64,000 bases of DNA from assembly GCA_977020255.1 (NCBI GenBank), contig CDROCS010005135.1, positions 62,001 to 126,000 of the forward strand, in the 5' to 3' direction. Source of the DNA: Obrimoposthia wandeli (Eukaryota). The stretch's first letter is position 1. Every line of letters starts with the position of its first letter. Shown here one piece after another: positions 1 through 10,966 of this stretch. The notes under the pieces are model-generated. The model did not search any database. It saw only the letters and a list, made by a program, of their open reading frames with translations, and was not told the DNA's origin. The position numbers and the translations under genes are program-made.

Positions 1-612
1 AATTCTAAATTTGGTCAAGGTGTGCGTGAAGAAATGCTAACCAACTTTAATTGGCGAGCATTAGATACTTGGTATAACGGAACGCGCCAAACGTCTTCAA
101 ATCGCCCTTTAAACACTATTTCTGATTTTGAGGGATTAAAGCTACGAGTGCCAAATGCGAAAGCAAACTTGGCATTTGCGAAATATGCAGGTGCATCACC
201 GACACCAATGGCATTTTCAGAAGTTTACTTAGCGTTGCAAACCAATGCCGTTGATGGTCAGGAAAATCCGCTACCTACATTTAATACCATGAAGTTTTAT
301 GAGGTGCAGCCAAACTTGGCAATGACCAATCATATTGTAAATGATCAAATGGTACTAATTAGTGAAGGCCGTTGGCAGAGTTTAAATAAAGATCAGCAAG
401 CGATTATCACTGAAGCGGTCAGTGTTGCAGGTAAACGACATACGAACTTTGTAAACAATCAAGAGAAAGAACTGATTACATTCTTTAAAGCGGAGGGGGT
501 CAATATTACATACCCTGATCTAGCACCTTTCCGAGAAGCAATGCTGCCAATTTATAAAGACTTTGATAAGAAAATAGGCAAGCAGCTAGTTGAAGAGCTA
601 AGCGATATTTAA
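1..612 (+). CDS. siaP: Sialic acid TRAP transporter substrate-binding protein (5'-truncated by window edge)
   Basis: DctP-family C-terminal half (GLKLRVP, PTPMAFSEVYLALQTNAVDGQENPL); closely resembles Vibrio SiaP; frame is open from base 1. Confidence 0.85.
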   Translation, partial: NSKFGQGVREEMLTNFNWRALDTWYNGTRQTSSNRPLNTISDFEGLKLRVPNAKANLAFAKYAGASPTPMAFSEVYLALQTNAVDGQENPLPTFNTMKFYEVQPNLAMTNHIVNDQMVLISEGRWQSLNKDQQAIITEAVSVAGKRHTNFVNNQEKELITFFKAEGVNITYPDLAPFREAMLPIYKDFDKKIGKQLVEELSDI

Positions 613-706
613 TACCAACATAACCTGATATCTGAACGCTTATTTATTCAGGTTGGTATAACTACCGTCTGGTCGGTGCTAAGCCGACCAAGACTAGGAG
701 TCTGTA

Positions 707-1219
707 ATGTTTCGTAAGATCATTGATAATATTGAAGAAATAATCACTGTTCCTCTTATGATTGCTCTACTGTGTATTCTAACTTGGCAAATATCCTCGC
801 GTTGGTTGTTTGACTCTCCGTCATTGTGGAGTGAGGAGCTTGCACGAGTTCTTTTTTTGCATATGGCAATCATTGGGGGAGCAATAGCCATTAAGAAAGA
901 TGACCATGTAAAAATCACTTTTTTTTCTGACAAACTGCCGCGGAATTTTCGTTATAGCCTGCTATTTGCTTTAGAGTTATTAGTGCTGATTACGATTGTT
1001 GCGATGATCTATTATGGATACGCACATGTTCAACGTACCGCTTTTTTCGAATTAATTACGCTTGGTATCTCTAGCTCTTGGATGACTTATGCATTGCCTG
1101 TTGGCGGATGCTTTATGTTAGTGAGGCAATGCCAAAAACTGTATTTTGTATTAATTGATTGGCGTATTAATGAAAATAAAAATACATCCCATCTTACTGC
1201 CTGTGACATTAATGAATAA
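707..1219 (+). CDS. siaQ: TRAP transporter small permease
   Basis: 170 aa, 4 TM segments, WSEELAR and DDHVKITF DctQ motifs, lies between dctP and dctM homologs. Confidence 0.85.
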   Translation: MFRKIIDNIEEIITVPLMIALLCILTWQISSRWLFDSPSLWSEELARVLFLHMAIIGGAIAIKKDDHVKITFFSDKLPRNFRYSLLFALELLVLITIVAMIYYGYAHVQRTAFFELITLGISSSWMTYALPVGGCFMLVRQCQKLYFVLIDWRINENKNTSHLTACDINE

Positions 1220-1228
1220 GGATTTTTC

Positions 1229-2512
1229 ATGTTTACATCCATAGTGGGCTGGCTAGGGCTTCTTTTTGCAGGTATGCCAGTAGGGTTCTCTTTAATATTT
1301 ATTGGTCTTGCTTTTTTAGTCTTAACAGAAAGTACTGGAATAAATTTTGCCGCTCAGCAAATGATTGGAGGCTTGGATAATTTCACATTGCTTGCTGTAC
1401 CTTTTTTTGTATTAACTGGGCACCTAATGAATAGTGCTGGTATTACAGAACGTATATTTAATTTTGCTAAAGCAATGGTAGGACATATAACGGGTAGTTT
1501 AGGCCATGTAAATATTTTGGCGAGTTTGTTGTTTTCTGGTATGTCGGGATCGGCATTGGCTGATGCTGGTGGTCTTGGTCAGCTTGAAATCAAATCGATG
1601 AGAGATGCGAAATACGATGATGACTTTGCCGGTGGCTTAACTGCGGCATCCTGTATTATTGGCCCTTTAGTACCACCATCGATTCCTCTTGTTATTTATG
1701 GTGTTGTGTCTAACACCTCAATTGGTGCGTTATTTCTTGCTGGTGCAATACCGGGATTATTATGTTGTATTGCCTTGTGTATCATGACGTATTTTATCGC
1801 GAAGAAACGTGGTTATATGACGTTACCTCGTGCATCGAGAAAAGAAAGATTAATCGCATTTAGAGATGCATTCTTATCTTTATTAACGCCGTTTATTATT
1901 ATCGGTGGTATTTTTTCTGGTAAATTCACCCCGACTGAAGCAGCTATTATTTCGTCGTTATATGCACTATTTCTAGGTACTGTTGTATATAAATCTTTAA
2001 CAATGGACAAGTTTATTAAACTTGTTCAAGAAACGGTAACAACGACATCTGTTGTCGCTTTAATGGTGATGGGGGTTACTGTATTCGGCTGGATAGTTGC
2101 TCGTGAACAATTACCACAGCAGTTAGCAGAGTTATTTTTATCGATCAGTGATAATCCTTTGATTTTATTGTTACTCATTAATCTACTGTTACTTTTTTTG
2201 GGCACCTTTATTGAATCGCTAGCGTTGTTATTATTACTTGTACCGTTTTTAGTACCCGTTGCTACATCCGTTGGTATTGACCCTGTACATTTTGGTGTTA
2301 TGGCTATTCTTAACTTAATGATCGGTATATTAACGCCACCAATGGGAATGGCTCTATACGTTGTATCAAAGGTCGGTAATATTCCATTTCATGTATTAAC
2401 GCGTGGTGTTTTACCATTACTCGTACCTTTATTTGTTGTACTTGGTTTAATTATCGTCTTCCCTCAAATTACACTGTTTTTACCACAACTTGTACTTGGA
2501 TATGGGCTTTAA
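1229..2512 (+). CDS. siaM: TRAP transporter large permease
   Basis: 427 aa hydrophobic DctM motifs (FSGMSGSALADA, GPLVPPSIP, GILTPPMG). Confidence 0.9.
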   Translation: MFTSIVGWLGLLFAGMPVGFSLIFIGLAFLVLTESTGINFAAQQMIGGLDNFTLLAVPFFVLTGHLMNSAGITERIFNFAKAMVGHITGSLGHVNILASLLFSGMSGSALADAGGLGQLEIKSMRDAKYDDDFAGGLTAASCIIGPLVPPSIPLVIYGVVSNTSIGALFLAGAIPGLLCCIALCIMTYFIAKKRGYMTLPRASRKERLIAFRDAFLSLLTPFIIIGGIFSGKFTPTEAAIISSLYALFLGTVVYKSLTMDKFIKLVQETVTTTSVVALMVMGVTVFGWIVAREQLPQQLAELFLSISDNPLILLLLINLLLLFLGTFIESLALLLLLVPFLVPVATSVGIDPVHFGVMAILNLMIGILTPPMGMALYVVSKVGNIPFHVLTRGVLPLLVPLFVVLGLIIVFPQITLFLPQLVLGYGL

Positions 2513-2554
2513 GCTGTAACCATTAAATAGAGGTAACCGACTGATTATAAATCT

Positions 2555-2583
2555 ATTCCAGTAGCAAGAATAGCTACTGGAAT
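2555..2583. terminator. Hairpin between convergent genes, probable terminator
   Basis: ATTCCAGTAGC-7 nt-GCTACTGGAAT perfect 11-bp stem. Confidence 0.6.
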
Positions 2584-2700
2584 CTCTTCATTTCTAAAAT
2601 CGGTATTTATTGTTTAATTTTTTAAAATTACACTTAAAAAGTGACATTGCACGCATTAAAAACTGAGTAGGTAGCTTTATTTTATAAATATTGAATGGAT

Positions 2701-2991
2701 TTAATACTTGTTACGAACATCTGCCAATGTTTCACCTTTTGGTTTGTTATCATAGAAATCATCGTAATTAATACGATCAATAATTGTTACCCAAGTGATG
2801 GAGCATTGTCGGTTAAGCTTCATACTTTCTGTATGACGAATAGTATCACCTCTTTTGTTTAGGCAAACAGGTGTATCGATGCTGCTGCCACCCGTAAGAA
2901 CAGCTGGGTTACCACCAAGACCGCCACCGCTGCCGAAGGCTAAAACGAAGCCAGAAGCTGTTAATAAGAACAATGCGAGTAGAATTTTCAT
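2701..2991 (-). CDS. Small hypothetical secreted protein
   Basis: 96 aa, signal peptide MKILLALFLLTASGFVLA, Gly-rich segment, 2 Cys; upstream AGAGG RBS. Confidence 0.65.
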   Translation of the reverse strand: MKILLALFLLTASGFVLAFGSGGGLGGNPAVLTGGSSIDTPVCLNKRGDTIRHTESMKLNRQCSITWVTIIDRINYDDFYDNKPKGETLADVRNKY

Positions 2992-3186
2992 TATAGATCC
3001 TCTGATTAAATAAGGGGAATGTACTGTTGTTTGTGATCTTTCCCCCTCAATACATAATATAGACCTGTTTGGGCGTTATTTATTACTATAAAAAAAGCCC
3101 TTGAAGTCAGAATATTCAAGGGCATGTTAATTATCGTTTTTTTACCGTAATCAGTGAGTTTGCTTAACGATGATTTATCGGCAGGT

Positions 3187-3222
3187 AAAAAACCCTCTTG
3201 GATATGTAACTTATCCAAGAGG
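3187..3222 (-). terminator. Rho-independent terminator of aceB-glcG
   Basis: CCTCTTGGATA/TATCCAAGAGG stem followed by a U-tract on the minus strand. Confidence 0.8.
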
Positions 3223-3286
3223 ATTATGGTGGTGATCTCTTACAAACAAATTGTATCTATTAGAACCTGTTGAAGGGTTAACGGGG

Positions 3287-3718
3287 TTAGTATTCATCAG
3301 AATATAGTTCTGCAAACTGAATACCTTTGATGGCACAGTTTTCGTCGAGGTCTGAATGATCACCACTGACGCCTACGGCGCCCATTACATAGTTGGTATC
3401 ATCTTTAATAAGCAGACCACCAGGAACAGGCACCATATTACCGTTAGCAAGAACATTGATAGCAGATATAAATGCGGGTCTGTTATCGGCATCTTGCGCT
3501 AATTTTCGGGATGAACAGCCAAGGGCTAATGCTCCCCAAGCTTTGGCAATAGCGATGTCTGGTCTCATCATACTTGAGCCGTCTTGACGCTGGAGTGAAA
3601 TAAGTTTTCCGCCACTGTCTAAAATTGCGACAGTTAATGGCTCGCTTTGCTGAGAAATACCGGCACCAAAAGTACCTTCAGTTATTTTCAGTGCTTGCTG
3701 AAGTGTCAAACTAATCAT
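3287..3718 (-). CDS. glcG: GlcG/HbpS family heme-binding protein
   Basis: LTVAILDSGGKL, IAIAKAWGA, GAVGVSG motifs; start chosen at ATG 3718 after CAGGAG. Confidence 0.8.
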   Translation of the reverse strand: MISLTLQQALKITEGTFGAGISQQSEPLTVAILDSGGKLISLQRQDGSSMMRPDIAIAKAWGALALGCSSRKLAQDADNRPAFISAINVLANGNMVPVPGGLLIKDDTNYVMGAVGVSGDHSDLDENCAIKGIQFAELYSDEY

Positions 3719-3761
3719 CTTATCTCCTGACTGTGCCACCTGCCGAATTAGCGAGATGGCG

Positions 3762-5408
3762 TTAGGTTAATGTTTGAATTCGTTGTCCTGTTAGTAGGGA
3801 ATAACTCGGTAAAGTTAAGAACGCCGCAAATTCTTCAGCGGTCGAAATTTGGTCAAATAGTGCAGCAGTTTCTTCGAAGCGACCCTTGCTATAGCGGGTT
3901 TGCCCCACTTCCATTTTAATCGTGTCGAGTTCTTCGTTTAGCCACTTACGAAAAAGAGAAGCGGTGAATATCTGACCGTCATCAAGTGATACACCGTGGT
4001 GAATCCATTGCCAGATACTGGCACGTGAAATCTCGGCAGTCGCTGCATCTTCCATCAACCCATAAATAGGCACGCAGCCAACTCCCTGAATCCATGACTC
4101 GATGTAATAAAGGGCAATACGAATATTTTTACGGACACCTTCTTCATTACGCACGCCTTCACAAGGTTCAAGCAATGTGTTGGCTGTAATATCGCCGACA
4201 TAGCTTGAATCGAAATCGAGTTGGTTTGTTTTACCCGCAAGGTGCTTATCAAAGATATCCATAGCGGTTGAAACAAGGTGAGGGTGGGCAACCCAAGTGC
4301 CGTCGTGACCGTTATTGGATTCACGGCTTTTATCTTCAACAACTTTTGCTAATACTTGATCCATAACTTTAGGATCTTTATGAGGGATAAAGGCCGACAT
4401 GCCGCCCATGGCGAGAGCACCACGTTGATGGCAAGTACGCACAAGTAACTGGCTGTACGCATTTAAGAAGGTTTTATCCATACCGACACCATGGCGATCA
4501 GGCAGAATACGATCTTCATGGTTTTTGAGGGTTTTGATGTAGCTAAAGATATAGTCCCAACGGCCACAGTTCATCGCCACAATGTGATTACGCATTACGT
4601 ACAGTATTTCATCCATTTGAAATACTGCGGGCAAGGTTTCGATTAATACCGTGGCGCGAATTGTGCCAGTTTCAACCTTGAAATAGTTTTCGGTAAAGTT
4701 GAATACATCATCCCACCACTGGGCCTCTTCCATGTTTTCTAGCTTAGGAATGTAGTAATACACCCCAAGCCCTTGTGCTGCGCGTGTTTGATAGTTGTGG
4801 AAGAAGTACAGTGCGAAATCCATCAAGCTACCGGGAATGGGTTGACCGTTATATTGAATATGATCTTCAGGCAAGTGCAAACCACGCGGGCGAGCAATAA
4901 TTAATGCTGGATTATCGTTTAACTCATAATGTTTGTTCTTTGCTTCATCGGTATAACTGATTGTGCCAGCATTGGCATCGCGTAAATTGATCTGACCATT
5001 GATCATATTTTCCCACGAAGGTGCTGATGCATCTTCAAAGCAGCACATAAAGACTTTTGCACCAGAATTCAGGGCGTTGATCACCATCTTACGATCGATA
5101 GGACCAGTAATTTCTACGCGACGATCTTGAAGTGCAGTAGGGATCGGTGCCACTTTCCAGCTCTTATCATCGCGAATATCTTTAGTATCTTGACGAAAAT
5201 CAGGTAACTCGCCGTTATCAAACGCGAGTTGGCGTTTATCACGTAACGCCAATAATGCATTACGGCGTGCAGCAAATTTCTTTACTACCGCATCAAGGAA
5301 AAGCAGTGCTTCCGTTGATAACACTTGTTTGTACTCTGCATTATCCGTTGTGCCGAGTACATCAATACACATTGATTGTCGTTCAATCACCCTATCTTCT
5401 GAAATCAT
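3762..5408 (-). CDS. aceB: Malate synthase A
   Basis: 548 aa; DRRVEITGP, ATVLIET, NCGRWDYIFS, GHDGTWVAHP, GLMEDAATAEISR motifs. Confidence 0.93.
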   Translation of the reverse strand: MISEDRVIERQSMCIDVLGTTDNAEYKQVLSTEALLFLDAVVKKFAARRNALLALRDKRQLAFDNGELPDFRQDTKDIRDDKSWKVAPIPTALQDRRVEITGPIDRKMVINALNSGAKVFMCCFEDASAPSWENMINGQINLRDANAGTISYTDEAKNKHYELNDNPALIIARPRGLHLPEDHIQYNGQPIPGSLMDFALYFFHNYQTRAAQGLGVYYYIPKLENMEEAQWWDDVFNFTENYFKVETGTIRATVLIETLPAVFQMDEILYVMRNHIVAMNCGRWDYIFSYIKTLKNHEDRILPDRHGVGMDKTFLNAYSQLLVRTCHQRGALAMGGMSAFIPHKDPKVMDQVLAKVVEDKSRESNNGHDGTWVAHPHLVSTAMDIFDKHLAGKTNQLDFDSSYVGDITANTLLEPCEGVRNEEGVRKNIRIALYYIESWIQGVGCVPIYGLMEDAATAEISRASIWQWIHHGVSLDDGQIFTASLFRKWLNEELDTIKMEVGQTRYSKGRFEETAALFDQISTAEEFAAFLTLPSYSLLTGQRIQTLT

Positions 5409-5444
5409 TATTGCCGTCTCCTTTGAAACAATATCTACATATTG

Positions 5445-5454
5445 TTGTATACAT
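5445..5454. promoter_or_regulatory. Candidate GntR operator TTGTATACAT upstream of aceB
   Basis: 9/10 match to the TTGTATACAA palindrome that recurs in the purine cluster. Confidence 0.5.
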
Positions 5455-5696
5455 AAATCTTCTTATTTAAGTCTAGATATATCGTGTTTTTAAGATTCAA
5501 GCAAAGGTAATTTAACATTACATTTTCATTTACTTGGGTTTTTAAATATTAACATCACATCGGACCTGTTTTTATTTTATTGATTTATATAAGTTATATT
5601 TATGATTAGGGCTGCCTGTTGATGTGAGATGTTATTTATTTGTATCACATGACTTGCTTAAACTTTGAACTGGTGTTTAGAATACAATTGTTCCTT

Positions 5697-5710
5697 AAAT
5701 TGTATACAAT
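5697..5710. promoter_or_regulatory. Candidate GntR operator AAATTGTATACAAT upstream of gcl
   Basis: Perfect TTGTATACAA palindrome at 5700-5709. Confidence 0.65.
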
Positions 5711-5716
5711 CATGAT

Positions 5717-7504
5717 ATGGAGTTCAGTATGGCGAGAATGACAGCAATAGAAGCAGCAGTAGAAGTATTAAAGCGTGAAGGGGTAGACATTGCTTTTGGT
5801 GTACCTGGCGCAGCAATTAACCCTATGTATGCAGCGATGAAAAAATTGGGTGGAATTGATCACGTATTGGCTCGACATGTCGAGGGTGCTTCTCATATGG
5901 CTGAAGGCTATACGAGAACCAGCCAAGGCAATATTGGTGTCTGTATTGGTACATCAGGCCCAGCAGGAACCGATATGATCACAGGGTTGTATTCTGCCTC
6001 TGCTGATTCGATTCCAATTCTTTGTATAACAGGGCAAGCACCACGTGCTCGACTGCATAAAGAAGATTTTCAAGCGGTAGATATTGAAACAATTGCAAAG
6101 CCAGTCACTAAGTGGGCAACAACAGTATTAGAGCCAGCTCAAGTGCCTCGTGCATTTCAAAAAGCATTTCATTTAATGCGTTCAGGGCGACCTGGACCTG
6201 TTTTGATTGATTTACCGATTGATGTACAGCTAACAGAAATTGAATTCGATATTGATAGCTACGAGCCACTTGATGCCTACAAGCCAACCGCGAGTCGCGC
6301 TCAAGTTGAAAAAGCAATCACCATGCTGAACGATGCTAGCAACCCAGTGATTGTATCGGGTGGTGGTGTGATTAATGCGGGAGCATCTGCGCTGTTACAG
6401 CAATTTGCAGAAATTACCGGCATTCCGGTTATTCCTACGCTGATGGGCTGGGGTTCAATCCCTGATAATCATGAATTGATGGCGGGTATGGTAGGCCTAC
6501 AAACGGCTCATCGTTATGGTAATGCCACACTATTAGGTTCTGACTTTGTACTGGGCATTGGTAACCGCTGGGCAAACCGTCATACCGGCTCAGTCGATGT
6601 ATATACCGCAGGGCGTAAGTTCGTTCATATCGATATTGAACCGACTCAGATTGGTCGTGTTTTCTGCCCTGATCTTGGCATTGTTTCTGATGCTAAAGCC
6701 GCATTGGAGCTACTGGTAGAGGTTGCTCGCGAATGGAAGCAAGCTGGTAAATTAAAAGATCGCAGCGATTGGGCGGGTGAGTGCCAGCATCGTAAGTCGA
6801 CCATGTTACGTAAAACGCATTTCGATGAAGTACCCATGAAGCCAATGCGTGTTTATGAAGAAATGAACAAAGCATTTGATGAAGATACTTGCTACGTAAG
6901 TACTATCGGTTTGTCTCAGATTGCGGCTGCTCAGTTTCTACATGTTTATAAGCCTCGTCATTGGATCAACTGTGGTCAGGCTGGTCCATTAGGTTGGACG
7001 ATTTCTGCTGCGTTGGGTGTGCGTGCTGCCGATCCTGTTCGCCCTATTGTGGCGATATCGGGTGATTATGATTTCCAATTTATGATTGAAGAATTGGCTG
7101 TTGGGGCGCAATTTAATTTGCCTTACATCCATGTAGTCGTGAACAACTCGTACCTTGGTTTGATACGCCAAGCACAGCGTCAGTTTGATATTGATTACTG
7201 TGTTCAGCTGGCATTTGATAACCAAAATGCACCCGAACTTGAAGGGTATGGTGTCGACCATGTTGCGGTTGTTGAAGGTTTAGGGTGTAAAGCCATTCGA
7301 GTGCGTGATCCTGACCAAGTGGGCAATGCGTTTGCTCAAGCGAAAGAGCTGATGGCTAAGCACAAGGTACCTGTTGTCGTTGAAATCATGCTAGAGCGTG
7401 TTACCAATATTTCAATGGGCGTAGAAATAAACGGTATTAACGAATTTGAACCGCTAGCCGAAGGCAGTGCTGATGCACCGACTGCCATTACGTTTAATCA
7501 ATAA
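5717..7504 (+). CDS. gcl: Glyoxylate carboligase
   Basis: TPP enzyme; [42 protein letters not shown]; true start may be ATG 5729. Confidence 0.95.
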   Translation: MEFSMARMTAIEAAVEVLKREGVDIAFGVPGAAINPMYAAMKKLGGIDHVLARHVEGASHMAEGYTRTSQGNIGVCIGTSGPAGTDMITGLYSASADSIPILCITGQAPRARLHKEDFQAVDIETIAKPVTKWATTVLEPAQVPRAFQKAFHLMRSGRPGPVLIDLPIDVQLTEIEFDIDSYEPLDAYKPTASRAQVEKAITMLNDASNPVIVSGGGVINAGASALLQQFAEITGIPVIPTLMGWGSIPDNHELMAGMVGLQTAHRYGNATLLGSDFVLGIGNRWANRHTGSVDVYTAGRKFVHIDIEPTQIGRVFCPDLGIVSDAKAALELLVEVAREWKQAGKLKDRSDWAGECQHRKSTMLRKTHFDEVPMKPMRVYEEMNKAFDEDTCYVSTIGLSQIAAAQFLHVYKPRHWINCGQAGPLGWTISAALGVRAADPVRPIVAISGDYDFQFMIEELAVGAQFNLPYIHVVVNNSYLGLIRQAQRQFDIDYCVQLAFDNQNAPELEGYGVDHVAVVEGLGCKAIRVRDPDQVGNAFAQAKELMAKHKVPVVVEIMLERVTNISMGVEINGINEFEPLAEGSADAPTAITFNQ

Positions 7505-7586
7505 AGGTGAAAGATAAGTGCTTGTCGCTAAGGGCATGCGCTTATCTTCAATACTAGATACACAGATAAAGATGAAGGGTTCAACC

Positions 7587-8369
7587 ATGCCAAAGTTTGC
7601 TGCCAATTTATCCATGTTATTTACAGAATTTGATTTTCTCGAGCGTTTTGAAATGGCTGCTAATGCCGGATTTCAAGGGGTGGAATATTTATTTCCATAC
7701 GCCAATACGCCAGAAGAAATTAAACAGCGATTAGATGATTTTAATTTGAAACAAGTGCTGTTTAATTTACCCGCAGGTAATTGGGAAGCAGGGGATCGCG
7801 GAATTGCGGTTGACCCCACTCGTACCGATGAATTTCGTTTAGGCGTTCCACAAGCTATCGCGTATGCAAAAGCCTTAGGTTGTAATCAAGTAAATTGCTT
7901 GGCGGGTATTGTGCCAGCAGGCGTTAGCCAAGAACAAGCAACAGAAACGTTTGTGACGAATCTTCGTTTTGCAGCGAGTGAATTAGAGAAAGCGGGAATC
8001 AGTTTGGTGATTGAAGCCATTAATACCCGTGATATTCCGGGTTTTTACCTGACGAATACGTCTCAGGCGTTAGCTATTATTGAGCAGGTTGGCAGTAAGA
8101 ACCTCCGTTTCCAATATGACATTTACCATATGCAAATTATGGAAGGTGATCTCGCCCCAACGTTAAGCCAGCATATTGAGCACATTCAGCATATTCAATT
8201 AGCTGATAATCCTGGGCGACACGAGCCGGGTACTGGCGAAATTAACTACCCGTTTATTTTACAACATCTCGATAATATTGGTTATCAAGGGTGGGTTGGC
8301 TGCGAATATAAACCTAAAACCACCACGTTATCGGGTATCGGCTGGCTTAAAGCATTCAATCAAATCTAA
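7587..8369 (+). CDS. hyi: Hydroxypyruvate isomerase
   Basis: MPKFAANLSMLF, IEAINTRDIPGF, YDIYHMQIMEG, PGRHEPGTGEINY; start at ATG 7587. Confidence 0.93.
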   Translation: MPKFAANLSMLFTEFDFLERFEMAANAGFQGVEYLFPYANTPEEIKQRLDDFNLKQVLFNLPAGNWEAGDRGIAVDPTRTDEFRLGVPQAIAYAKALGCNQVNCLAGIVPAGVSQEQATETFVTNLRFAASELEKAGISLVIEAINTRDIPGFYLTNTSQALAIIEQVGSKNLRFQYDIYHMQIMEGDLAPTLSQHIEHIQHIQLADNPGRHEPGTGEINYPFILQHLDNIGYQGWVGCEYKPKTTTLSGIGWLKAFNQI

Positions 8370-8380
8370 GGAGAGACACA

Positions 8381-9268
8381 ATGAGTACAATTGCATTTAT
8401 TGGTACAGGGATTATGGGAAAACCAATGGCAGTGAACTTGCAAAAAGCAGGTCACCAGTTAGTTTTTTCTGAGCATTATAGTCGTGCCCCTGCTGATTTG
8501 ATTGTCGCTGGTGGCATTGCATTTCCAACGCCGAAAGCGGCGACAGAGCAAGCTGATTTCATTATTTTAATGTTACCGAATACACCGCAAGTAGAAGCCG
8601 TATTATTTGGCAAAGATGGTGTAGAAGAAGCGCTAACGGCCGGTAAAGTTGTTATCGATATGAGTTCGATTTCGCCGATTGAAACGAAGCAATTTGCCGC
8701 ACGAGTGAAAGAGTCGGGTGCAGAATATTTAGATGCCCCTGTTTCTGGTGGTGAAGTGGGCGCAATCAATGCGGCATTAACCATTATGGTGGGTGGCGAT
8801 GAATCAAGCTTCGACAAAGCCAAACCGCTATTTGAAGTGATGGGTAAAAATATCACGTTAGTTGGTGAAAGCGGCGCAGGGCAAATCTGTAAAGTGGCTA
8901 ACCAAATTATAGTGGCATTAAATATTGAAGCCGTATCAGAGGCATTAGTGTTTGCCTCTAAAGCAGGGGCCAATCCGGCGCGCGTACGCGAAGCACTGAT
9001 GGGGGGCTTTGCTAACTCGAAAATTCTAGAGGTACACGGCGAGCGTATGATTAAAGGTACGTTTGACCCTGGTTTTAAAATTGCATTGCACCAGAAAGAT
9101 CTGAATCTTGCTATTAGCGGTGCGAAAACGTTAGGGGTGAGTTTACCCAATACAGTGATGGCACAAGGCTTATTCGACCAATGTGTCGCAATGGGTGGTG
9201 AAGGGTGGGATCACTCAGCCATGATCCGTGCTATCGAGCAGCTAGCCGACCACGAAATACGTAAATAG
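8381..9268 (+). CDS. glxR: 2-hydroxy-3-oxopropionate (tartronate semialdehyde) reductase
   Basis: FIGTGIMGKPMA, DAPVSGGEVGA, CKVANQIIVA motifs; operon context. Confidence 0.92.
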   Translation: MSTIAFIGTGIMGKPMAVNLQKAGHQLVFSEHYSRAPADLIVAGGIAFPTPKAATEQADFIILMLPNTPQVEAVLFGKDGVEEALTAGKVVIDMSSISPIETKQFAARVKESGAEYLDAPVSGGEVGAINAALTIMVGGDESSFDKAKPLFEVMGKNITLVGESGAGQICKVANQIIVALNIEAVSEALVFASKAGANPARVREALMGGFANSKILEVHGERMIKGTFDPGFKIALHQKDLNLAISGAKTLGVSLPNTVMAQGLFDQCVAMGGEGWDHSAMIRAIEQLADHEIRK

Positions 9269-9557
9269 AGCGTTCTGAAGCAGACATATTAATAAAACGC
9301 GTATGTTACGTCTCCTTAGTACGCGTTCCCGAAGCAACATGGATTTACGGGCTATCAAGCCATGCTTTTAGACGCCAAGACCAAGGTAACTAAGAGCAGA
9401 TGGTTTAAAGGTTCAAACTCTGACAGGCAATCTGTGTATAGCTTCGGGATCCTTTCCTCTTTCTTTTTTGTATCTGATTTTTTGTTTTTATTATTGCTCG
9501 TTTCATCATCTGAATTTTAATTATTTATATTTAATAGACCGCGTAGGAAACCAATTT

Positions 9558-10859
9558 ATGAACTATATCAATGGCAATATCAACATCAATAGCAAAGCCT
9601 TTTTATTATCACTGTTTGAATGTGCCATTGATGAAGCCTTACCCTACGGGCATATTGCGAAATATTTACCTGATGATAAAACAGGGAAAGCCATCGTAAT
9701 TGGCGCGGGTAAAGCGGCTGCATCTATGGCAGCAGAATTAGAAGCCGTTTGGCAGGGTGAGTTACAAGGTGTTGTGGTAACGCGTTACGGTCATACGGTT
9801 GCTTCTACGTCGTCAAAAATAGAAGTGATTGAAGCGGCGCATCCCGTTCCTGATGCCGCAGGGCAAGCTGTTGGCGAGCGTATTCTCGCGTTAGTCTCTG
9901 ATCTTCGTGAAGATGATGTCGTGATATGTTTAATGTCGGGTGGTGGTTCTTCGTTATTGAGTTTACCCGCCGAAGGGCTGACCTTAAGCGATAAACAAAC
10001 GATTAATAAAGCGTTACTGAAATCGGGTGCTGCGATAGATGAAATGAACTGCGTGCGAAAACATTTATCAGCCATTAAAGGGGGGCGATTAGCCAAAGCG
10101 GTTCACCCTGCGAAATTGATTTCGTTAGCGATTTCAGATGTACCCGGAGATGATACCAGCGTGATAGCGTCTGGCCCTACGGTGGCAGATTCAACAACGC
10201 GTTTTGATGCACTTGCCATTTTAGAACGGTACGACATTGCGATTCCCACTGCTGTTTTTCAATGGTTGAATAATCCGAAGTCTGAAACAGTAAAGCCGAA
10301 TGACCCAAGTTTAGTGAACAGTGAGATTCATATTATTGCTACCCCGCAATCTGCGTTAGAGGCGGCAGCAGAGAAAGCAATACAACAAGGTATTCCTGCC
10401 TATATATTGAGTGATTGTATTGAAGGTGAAGCACGAGATGTCGCAAAAGTGCATGCCGCTATTGCTAAACAAATAGCTGAAAAAGGTCAGCCGTTTAAAA
10501 CGCCTTGCGTGTTGTTATCTGGCGGTGAAACAACTGTAACGGTAAAAGGAACGGGACGAGGTGGGCGTAATAGTGAGTTTTTACTTAGCTTATATAATGA
10601 GCTGCAAGGTCACTCTCAAATACACGCGCTAGCAGGTGATACCGATGGTATTGATGGCGTAGAAGACAATGCAGGGGCGTTTATCACACCAGATAGTTTT
10701 ACTCGCGGCCAGCGCTTGGGGCTAAATCCGCAGCATTATCTTGATAATAACGATGGCTATTATTTCTTCTCGGCATTGGAATCATTAGTGATTACGGGGC
10801 CAACGCTCACAAATGTAAATGACTTTCGAGCTTTGTTGGTTTTACCTTATAAAAAATAG
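9558..10859 (+). CDS. Glycerate 2-kinase (MOFRL/TtuD family)
   Basis: VIGAGKAA, EAAHPVPD, SGGGSSLL, SGGETTV, GRGGRNSE, TGPTLTNVND; start at ATG 9558 after GTAGGA. Confidence 0.9.
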   Translation: MNYINGNININSKAFLLSLFECAIDEALPYGHIAKYLPDDKTGKAIVIGAGKAAASMAAELEAVWQGELQGVVVTRYGHTVASTSSKIEVIEAAHPVPDAAGQAVGERILALVSDLREDDVVICLMSGGGSSLLSLPAEGLTLSDKQTINKALLKSGAAIDEMNCVRKHLSAIKGGRLAKAVHPAKLISLAISDVPGDDTSVIASGPTVADSTTRFDALAILERYDIAIPTAVFQWLNNPKSETVKPNDPSLVNSEIHIIATPQSALEAAAEKAIQQGIPAYILSDCIEGEARDVAKVHAAIAKQIAEKGQPFKTPCVLLSGGETTVTVKGTGRGGRNSEFLLSLYNELQGHSQIHALAGDTDGIDGVEDNAGAFITPDSFTRGQRLGLNPQHYLDNNDGYYFFSALESLVITGPTLTNVNDFRALLVLPYKK

Positions 10860-10966
10860 GCCAATGAGTTATCATTTGGTGTGTTATTTGAGCTATCGTT
10901 TACGTTACTGATTAAATAAACGTAACCCGTTGAAGGGTAAATATTGATTAGCAAGGAGGCTGTCTA

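Noticed and set aside
3006-3218. 70-aa ORF downstream of glcG
   Set aside because: It starts inside the terminator hairpin and has no family features
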